From IMG/VR virus record IMGVR_UViG_3300042526_000204: DNA of 20,000 bases; one strand, written 5' to 3'. The DNA comes from an uncultured virus (IMG/VR IMGVR_UViG_3300042526_000204) (lineage: Duplodnaviria > Heunggongvirae > Uroviricota > Caudoviricetes). The translations under genes were made by a program, and so were the position numbers. This document shows positions 14,585-20,000 of the stretch, piece after piece (within the stretch, counting starts at the first letter, position 1; each line of letters begins with the position of its first letter). The notes under the pieces were generated by a model. The model was given only the letters and a program-made list of their open reading frames with translations, searched no databases and had not been told where the DNA came from.

Positions 14585-16894
14585 TTATACACAAGGTACA
14601 TACACAAAGTCAATAGCACCACTTACTTTTCTAATACAAGTTACACAAGAATCTATAACAGAAGATAGTAAAGTGTTAGGTGGAAGATTTACAGCTCCTA
14701 TATCTTCTGAACAAGTTACAACATATATTTCTATAGTCTCAGTTAAACTAGGGTTTAAAATATCAAATTCACAACAACCTGCTTTATCTATACCTTCTCC
14801 TTTTGAAAGAACTTGTGCCATACATATACTAGTTCCTGAAGTTAGTACAAAATCTTGAACCCAAGTTCCATCACATTTATAACCAGTAATTGTTTGGTCA
14901 CTAATAAGATTATTTATGTAAGTATCACAACATAGTTCTTTACCTGGACAGTATCTTCCAAAAATACCATTAATAAATTCAGTGCAATCTGTACAATCTT
15001 TATGCACTCCTCCAATATCTGATGCAGTAATTGTAGCTACTCCTGTATCACTCCAAGATAATATTTCATAACAACCAAGACCTGTTGTAAGAACTAGTGA
15101 TAGTGCTTCTCCTACATTATACACAGGTTGTAAAGCTACTACTTCAATCTCTTCTGTACAACAATTTTGTACTGTGTAATAAAATGTTGTTGGGCATTCA
15201 TTATCTGCTAGACAATCAGTACAAGCATCAGTACCATAATCTACAGCAGGAATAATAAATGATAAATCAGGAAAAGCATAAACAGTACCAGTAGTCATTA
15301 TTGTCCAACACATTCCAAAAGTATCAACAAAAGTACTATCAACTAAAAGACTAGGTAATGTAGTCTGAAGTAATTCTAATGTAGTAAAGCCAACTAATTC
15401 TCCTTCATTACAACAAGAACTTAAAGCTACCACAGTAGGACAATCATTAGCAGTAACACACTCTGCACTTAAACAAGTTGTATTAGGATAAACTGTATCT
15501 ACTTCTACTACATTTGTAATAGGACCTCCTGTTATTTTTGTTACACCCCAGCAGAATCCATTTACATCTACAAAAGTATCTCCTACATTAACTCCAATTA
15601 AAGCTGCTGAAAATACTTCTTCTTCTTCTTCTTCTCCACAACAAGGCTGAATTGTAAAGTTTTGAGGACATGGATTATTAGCCATACATAAAATACAATC
15701 TTCATAAGAATTAGATAAAATTCTAGTTGATGTTACAGCATCTAATGTTGTTGATTCTACACTCCAACAATTCCCATCACTGTCAACAAAAGATTCTCCA
15801 ACAGGAGTTCCATTATTAATAATGATTTCTGAGTAAGCAGGATCACAGCAATTTCTAATAAATAAATTTTCTCCTATACCAATACAAGCTTGAGTAACAT
15901 CTAATGTATAAGAGAATCTAACATCTATTGGAGCAATAGTGTCTCCTTCCTCAGTACCTACAGTCATACCTACAACAAAAAATGTTTCATCTGCAGGTAA
16001 CACACTTGCTAACACAGTTGTTTCTGAGAAACAAACTTTTAAATTATTACTAAGAAATGAATATGGAGCAACAGGTATCACTGTAGATAATGAAATAACA
16101 CCATCTCTAGTTGAGATAGTTGAACAATCAAAACGTGAAACAGTGATATAAAATTTAGGGTTGATTAACTCTACACTGTTAGTTACATCAAGATATGCAA
16201 TACCAGAAATTTTTATTGTATCTCCTATGTTTAAATCTATAGAAAGAGGAATACCAATATTAGCAATTAGACCTTTTGTAACAATTAAATTTCCAAAACC
16301 ATCAACTGCAAATGATGATTCATAGGCTCCATAAGACCAACCAAGACGAGAAGTAAGATTTCCACCAAACATAGATTCTATATTAGGAGAATTATAATTG
16401 TCTGATTCAAAAGCCCCAGACACTGCAGCTAATTTAAAGTGGTCAGGACAAGATCCTCCTCCTCCAGTACCAGGAGGACCTATCTCTCCCTGAAGACCTT
16501 GTTCCCCTTGTTCACCTTGAAGACCTTGCTCTCCCTGTTCTCCTGTATTTCCTGTGTCTCCTTTAGATGCTACAAGTTGCCACCCATTACTAGGTGGAGA
16601 GAAAGAAGAAAAAATTAAAGTAGGAGCATAATAAGAAGAACCATTAAACTCAACTACATCTCCTTCAGAATAATCAGTTCCATTTACCCAAGGTCCAGTA
16701 AAATTCCAAAGAGCATCTATACCATCTGCACCTGGCTCTCCTTGTTCTCCTTGTTCTCCTTGTTCTCCATCTGCACCTGGAACCCCAGGTGGGCCTGGAG
16801 GACCAGGAGGTCCCTGTTCTCCTGAAGAAGGAAAACACAAGCACTGAAAAAGGTGCTCTAATTTTTTAAGTCTGTGTTCAAAATTATTTAGCAT
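14585..16894 (-). CDS. Collagen-like fibre protein with a CBM5/12-like insert and Cys-rich tandem repeats
   Basis: 769 aa. Gly-X-Y runs at 16715-16822 (12 triplets) and 16472-16561 (10 triplets) flank WNFTGPWVNGTDYSEGDVVEFNGSSYYA...WQLVASKG. Four 6-Cys repeats follow at about aa 344-650. Confidence 0.75.
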   Translation of the reverse strand: MLNNFEHRLKKLEHLFQCLCFPSSGEQGPPGPPGPPGVPGADGEQGEQGEQGEPGADGIDALWNFTGPWVNGTDYSEGDVVEFNGSSYYAPTLIFSSFSPPSNGWQLVASKGDTGNTGEQGEQGLQGEQGEQGLQGEIGPPGTGGGGSCPDHFKLAAVSGAFESDNYNSPNIESMFGGNLTSRLGWSYGAYESSFAVDGFGNLIVTKGLIANIGIPLSIDLNIGDTIKISGIAYLDVTNSVELINPKFYITVSRFDCSTISTRDGVISLSTVIPVAPYSFLSNNLKVCFSETTVLASVLPADETFFVVGMTVGTEEGDTIAPIDVRFSYTLDVTQACIGIGENLFIRNCCDPAYSEIIINNGTPVGESFVDSDGNCWSVESTTLDAVTSTRILSNSYEDCILCMANNPCPQNFTIQPCCGEEEEEEVFSAALIGVNVGDTFVDVNGFCWGVTKITGGPITNVVEVDTVYPNTTCLSAECVTANDCPTVVALSSCCNEGELVGFTTLELLQTTLPSLLVDSTFVDTFGMCWTIMTTGTVYAFPDLSFIIPAVDYGTDACTDCLADNECPTTFYYTVQNCCTEEIEVVALQPVYNVGEALSLVLTTGLGCYEILSWSDTGVATITASDIGGVHKDCTDCTEFINGIFGRYCPGKELCCDTYINNLISDQTITGYKCDGTWVQDFVLTSGTSICMAQVLSKGEGIDKAGCCEFDILNPSLTETIEIYVVTCSEDIGAVNLPPNTLLSSVIDSCVTCIRKVSGAIDFVYVPCV
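14945..15865 (-). repeat. Four ~70-80-aa Cys-rich coding repeats (CC...VGxxFVDxxGxCW...CxxC...CP)
   Basis: Visible in translation: NCC..VGESFVDSDGNCW..CILC..NPCP; PCC..VGDTFVDVNGFCW..CLSAEC..NDCP; SCC..VDSTFVDTFGMCW..CTDC..NECP; NCC..VGEA..GLGCY..CTDC..YCP. Confidence 0.9.
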
Positions 16895-16897
16895 GAC

Positions 16898-17368
16898 TTA
16901 TGATTTTATTAGATATTCTTTTCCTTGTTTTATACTATAATGTATAGTTCTTTTATTAGCTCTAGTTAGAATAAAGTTATAATAAAGTTTATTCTCTATT
17001 GGCACTCTATTCTTAGACCAGTGTAATTTATAAACTACACCATCAGTTTCTTCATTAAGACAATACACAATCTTTCTTGTTGCTTTTGCATCAGGATTGT
17101 TTTCCCAAAGCTTCTTAGTCTTTGACCAATTAGGAGGCAACATTGGAATACCATCTTTATTAAATTGTAATTTCTTTTTTACTCCTTGAATAAACAAAGT
17201 ACCTAATCTAGCAGGCATTGTAACCTCTTCTCCTTGTACTGCTTTCTGAATTAAAAACTCCATGTAACCATTAGCTATTGAGATAAAAGAGTTTATCTCA
17301 ACAGGAGTCTTTACTTCTTTAGAATATCTTTTGTAAGAAGTTCTTATATTTAAATCAGTCTTTTGCAT
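16898..17368 (-). CDS. IHF/HU-like DNA-binding protein (crAss-like IHF family)
   Basis: 156 aa, basic. It has a helix followed by QGEEVTMPARLGTLFI (HU/IHF-type turn), then PNWSKTKKLW...IVYCLNEETDG...WSK. An IHF-like gene near the ring and tail tubular genes is typical of crAss-like phages. The start overlaps the upstream stop (TAATG). Confidence 0.7.
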   Translation of the reverse strand: MQKTDLNIRTSYKRYSKEVKTPVEINSFISIANGYMEFLIQKAVQGEEVTMPARLGTLFIQGVKKKLQFNKDGIPMLPPNWSKTKKLWENNPDAKATRKIVYCLNEETDGVVYKLHWSKNRVPIENKLYYNFILTRANKRTIHYSIKQGKEYLIKS

Positions 17369-18069
17369 TATCTTCCTTCAGGTCTTTGTATATCTCTTGA
17401 GTTATTAGCATTGTCTTCTCCTCTTCCTGCAAATATACCAATAATTTCTGCAACACATATATCAATTAAAGGTTCTATTAAATCTCCATCAATATTAAAT
17501 TCATGGTCATAAGCTGGAATACAATCTGTACAATTTTCACAATCATCACACAAAGAAGGAAAATGCATAGCTTCTAAAGGATCTTCAGCAAGAAGTTTAA
17601 TCTTAACTATACCTGGAGATTTCTTTATTGGAAAATACAAATAACCATTCTCAAATAAGAACTTAGGTTTGTTTCCTGTGTATTTATTACCTTTTAAATA
17701 AAGAACACCTTGTCTTGAAACTTCTTCTATTCTCATTCCATTTTCAACAGACATAACAAATTCTATGTAATGTCTATTAGAATCTGTCAATACTCTTGGT
17801 ATAGGAAATTTAGTTCTAAATACATCACAACCTAAATCTCCAAGACAAGAGCATTCATGATTAGGTACTTTAATAAGTTCTACACAAGGTAGTACAGAAT
17901 AGTTCCAATCACTAACTCTTTGTTTTTTCTTAAGTTGTTGAGAAATAAGTTGCATTCTAACTGTGAGAATTTTGTTATAGACATGTCTATCTGATAACCT
18001 AGACTCATCACTAGATACCCCTTTAGAATAAAGGGATTGAATTCTTTCTATAACTTCTCTAATAAACAT
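17368..18069 (-). CDS. Putative tail ring/adaptor protein (crAss-like ring 2 type)
   Basis: 233 aa. It contains SSDESRLSDRHVY, LPCVELIKV...C-x-C...RTKFPIP and ENGYLY...EDP...C...D-x-EFNID...NANNSRD. Size, motifs and position fit crAss-like ring proteins. Confidence 0.65.
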   Translation of the reverse strand: MFIREVIERIQSLYSKGVSSDESRLSDRHVYNKILTVRMQLISQQLKKKQRVSDWNYSVLPCVELIKVPNHECSCLGDLGCDVFRTKFPIPRVLTDSNRHYIEFVMSVENGMRIEEVSRQGVLYLKGNKYTGNKPKFLFENGYLYFPIKKSPGIVKIKLLAEDPLEAMHFPSLCDDCENCTDCIPAYDHEFNIDGDLIEPLIDICVAEIIGIFAGRGEDNANNSRDIQRPEGR

Positions 18070-18071
18070 GC

Positions 18072-18401
18072 TTATTGAATTTTAAAAATTACACCTTGTG
18101 CTAAAGCACTTGCTATTGTAGTGTTTATTGTACTATTTACTTTAACATTAAAAATTACCACTTTAGGATAATCTCCTTCTTTAACAAATGCAGTAGCTTT
18201 CTTTACTGACCAATTTGTAACAGCTCTAATAAAAGTAACTGTAGCAGTTTGTTTTGCTGCAGGTACAGTAATTAACACTAAGTCTAGTTGTTTTCCAATA
18301 CCCTGTTTTTGATCTAATTTTTTACTTTCATTAGGAAAGAAAAGACCAAAAGATAATGTACCTATTGCTTTTTTAAGTCTGTGTAATTCAAAATGTTTCA
18401 T
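18072..18401 (-). CDS. Protein with the shared-type leader fused to a divergent ribosomal L7/L12 C-terminal-like (ClpS-like fold) domain
   Basis: 109 aa. Residues ~38-109 (LDLVLITVPAAKQTATVTFIRAVTNWSVKKATAFVKE...PKVVIFNV...ALAQGVIFKIQ) align by eye with the bL12 CTD ([45 protein letters not shown]...LEEAGAEVEVK). Confidence 0.55.
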   Translation of the reverse strand: MKHFELHRLKKAIGTLSFGLFFPNESKKLDQKQGIGKQLDLVLITVPAAKQTATVTFIRAVTNWSVKKATAFVKEGDYPKVVIFNVKVNSTINTTIASALAQGVIFKIQ

Positions 18402-18403
18402 AA

Positions 18404-19108
18404 CTAATTGTTTAATTGTTGTTTTAAAATATCAGTAACATCTTCTGTATTAAAGAGTTGATAATTACCATCTAAGCCAAGCCATATAATAACTCTTTTA
18501 CTTACCTTAACTCCTACTTGTTCAAGAAGAAGTTGGTAATAAGACAACTGAATTACATAGTGATTTAAAGGATTATCTAATAAATGACTAAAGGGCCCTA
18601 TCATAGTTTTACCTTTATAGTTCTTTAGCAAATCTTTATTAGTCTTGTAATCAGCTATTATATATGATTGTGTTTTAGTATCAAAGAGAATGATATCTGC
18701 TGTACCTGCAAAGAGATGTTTAAAGTGATACATCCTAAGTTCAGCAGCTAGTGGAAGTATATGTTCTGGGACATCTTTCCAAAACTTTACAATAGCTTCT
18801 TCTTGAGGGCAAGAAGGAGAAAGGTTTCTATTAAACTGATAGACTTCTCCAAAGTTATGAACTCTGTGTCCTCTATCTCTAGACTCTTGATTTATGACTC
18901 TCCACTCTTCAAGAATTTCTTCTGTGGTTACTCCAGCTTTAGCAGCAGAGTAAGGGGCAACTAATTCAGCATTAAATGGCTCATAAAAATTAGAAATCAA
19001 CCCTGAGACTGAAGTCTTCAAAGGTTGGTTATCTACAAAATACCTATGCTTTTTTTCTTCAAAAGTCAGGTTACTAAAAGGCTTTTTTATCTTTGTCAAT
19101 AATTCCAT
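18404..19108 (-). CDS. PD-(D/E)xK superfamily nuclease (RecB/lambda-exonuclease-like)
   Basis: 234 aa. It has RGHRVH, E-L-R, AGTADII (motif II), IIADYKT (motif III) and HYVIQLSYY (QxxxY). Confidence 0.85.
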   Translation of the reverse strand: MELLTKIKKPFSNLTFEEKKHRYFVDNQPLKTSVSGLISNFYEPFNAELVAPYSAAKAGVTTEEILEEWRVINQESRDRGHRVHNFGEVYQFNRNLSPSCPQEEAIVKFWKDVPEHILPLAAELRMYHFKHLFAGTADIILFDTKTQSYIIADYKTNKDLLKNYKGKTMIGPFSHLLDNPLNHYVIQLSYYQLLLEQVGVKVSKRVIIWLGLDGNYQLFNTEDVTDILKQQLNN

Positions 19109-19112
19109 GACA

Positions 19113-19120
19113 CAAAGATA
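19113..19120 (-). promoter_or_regulatory. Bacteroidota-type sigma -7 element (TATCTTTG) upstream of the nuclease gene
   Basis: Exact match to TAnnTTTG in the 21-bp intergenic gap, 4 nt before the ATG. The -33 position reads TTA rather than TTG. Confidence 0.55.
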
Positions 19121-19129
19121 ACAAATTAT

Positions 19130-19717
19130 CTAAGAGATTGTAAGCTTGGTAATTGTCTTTTTTACTTCAGTCATAACTTTAGTAAAATTCTTCTTAATAT
19201 CAAACCCTGCTCTTTTAAAATTCTCAAAGAATATAGAGTAAAATTCTATAGCACAACAGAACCCAATAAAGATTAAAGTAAGAGTCATATCCTCATTACT
19301 TATGTGACTTAGTTTAAAACTTCTAATAATAAATACTTTCTCTATTCCCCATACTGCAAGTATTGCACTAGCATAAGTAAAAGCTTTAATTCCAGAAAGT
19401 TTCAATTTGTCAGAAGATATTAAATTTTTCTCTTTTAAACTTGGATCTAATTCTTCAGCTTGTTTTTTCTCTTTCCAAGAAGCAAGGATACCTGTTATAA
19501 AATCTAACACATAAAATGCTACTAATAAATAGACAGCTTTTTCTGTATTAGTCATTGCAGAAGCAACTATGACAGTTCCTGTTGTTACTCCTGTCACAGG
19601 ACTTGATACCATTGTCTTTAAACTAATTCCTAACTTTAAAAAATACTTAGTGTAAAGAGAAAGCCATTCCATAATACAATGATTTACAAGTGTTAAAGGA
19701 TATGTCAGTGTTTTCAT
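19130..19717 (-). CDS. Holin-like membrane protein (phage holin family 4-like)
   Basis: 195 aa with 3-4 hydrophobic helices, LDFITGILAS...ISSDKLK...GIK and IEFYSIFFENFKRAG, and a basic C-terminus. The true start may be the ATG at 19672. Confidence 0.7.
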   Translation of the reverse strand: MKTLTYPLTLVNHCIMEWLSLYTKYFLKLGISLKTMVSSPVTGVTTGTVIVASAMTNTEKAVYLLVAFYVLDFITGILASWKEKKQAEELDPSLKEKNLISSDKLKLSGIKAFTYASAILAVWGIEKVFIIRSFKLSHISNEDMTLTLIFIGFCCAIEFYSIFFENFKRAGFDIKKNFTKVMTEVKKTITKLTIS

Positions 19718-19740
19718 AGCCTTGTGGTATAGTTAAGTTA

Positions 19741-19748
19741 CAAATATA
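19741..19748 (-). promoter_or_regulatory. Bacteroidota-type sigma -7 element (TATATTTG) upstream of the holin-like gene
   Basis: Exact match to TAnnTTTG in the intergenic gap 19718-19750. No clear -33 TTG. Confidence 0.5.
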
Positions 19749-19750
19749 AT

Positions 19751-19888
19751 TTATTTTCCTTGTCCACCATACATCTTTTTATAGTTTTTTGAACTCTTTA
19801 AAGATGATGTTTTTGACTTTGAATGTACTCCAGGTCTAGATACTTTGGAGACTACTTTCTTCTCTGATGTGTTGGATAATTTTGCCAT
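19751..19888 (-). CDS. Small very basic peptide (45 aa)
   Basis: Not in the ORF track. Hand translation: MAKLSNTSEKKVVSKVSRPGVHSKSKTSSLKSSKNYKKMYGGQGK. The start lies 1 bp after the upstream TAA (TAAGATG), and the gene fills an otherwise empty gap. Confidence 0.8.
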   Translation of the reverse strand: MAKLSNTSEKKVVSKVSRPGVHSKSKTSSLKSSKNYKKMYGGQGK

Positions 19889-19889
19889 C

Positions 19890-20000
19890 TTATTTAATTA
19901 TTCGGGTTAATTTTAAAACTAGAATTGCTATCAATAATGTAGGAGTACTTACAATAGCATCCTTATTACTTTCAAATCTTTCAGGTTCTTCAATAAATCT
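19890..20000 (-). CDS. 3' end of an upstream hypothetical gene (partial)
   Basis: This is the only minus-strand frame open across this stretch: ...RFIEEPERFESNKDAIVSTPTLLIAILVLKLTRIIK-stop. It ends 1 bp before the next ATG. Confidence 0.55.
   Translation of the reverse strand, partial: RFIEEPERFESNKDAIVSTPTLLIAILVLKLTRIIK

Noticed and set aside
15617..15634. (TTC)6 microsatellite; also a short (TC)n run near 768-778
   Set aside because: They encode poly-Glu and RERE in frame. They are too short to argue for phase variation.
2149..16151. Nine short plus-strand ORFs in the track (60-127 aa)
   Set aside because: All are antisense shadows of long minus-strand genes, with Ser/Phe/Ile-rich composition and mostly non-ATG starts.
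18404..19108. The nuclease as Cas4 or part of a CRISPR locus
   Set aside because: It lacks the four-Cys Fe-S cluster motif, and no repeat-spacer array or other cas genes are visible.
19106..19132. The holin stop (TAG) is in frame with the nuclease ATG 7 codons later, and the nuclease also ends in TAG. This raised possible amber recoding or read-through, as in some crAss-like phages.
   Set aside because: Very long genes (2007 and 1195 aa) have no in-frame TAG or TGA, so the standard code fits. The gap contains a promoter-like element, and an in-frame arrangement has a 1 in 3 chance.
1..20000. tRNA, rRNA, intrinsic terminators, introns or inteins
   Set aside because: Intergenic gaps are at most about 35 bp, with no GC-rich hairpin plus U-tract. 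I recognised no intein splice-junction or homing-endonuclease motifs in the large ORFs.

Overview
This AT-rich window is one densely packed minus-strand gene block from a crAss-like (Crassvirales-related) phage or prophage of a Bacteroidota host. In transcription order (right to left) it encodes: a partial ORF, a 45-aa basic peptide missing from the ORF track, a holin-like membrane protein, a PD-(D/E)xK nuclease, a 109-aa protein with a ribosomal L7/L12 C-terminal-like domain, a tail ring-type protein, an IHF/HU-like protein, three fibre or adhesin-like genes (collagen plus Cys-rich repeats; short fibre; 7-bladed beta-propeller), a small hypothetical protein, a tail tubular/ring protein, a 2007-aa muzzle/tail stabilisation protein, a 1195-aa cargo-like protein and a second cargo-like gene that runs off the left edge (also missing from the track). 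Family calls come from motif recognition and gene order, not database searches. Four observations stand out. (1) Four genes share a conserved N-terminal leader fused to unrelated payloads. (2) The cargo-like protein is punctuated by a repeated G-T-x-x-x-G motif that borders domain-sized modules. (3) CpG is nearly absent, with about 14 found by eye in 20 kb, mostly in the fibre cassette. (4) The muzzle protein contains a 52-aa uncharged hydrophobic hairpin and large insertions.
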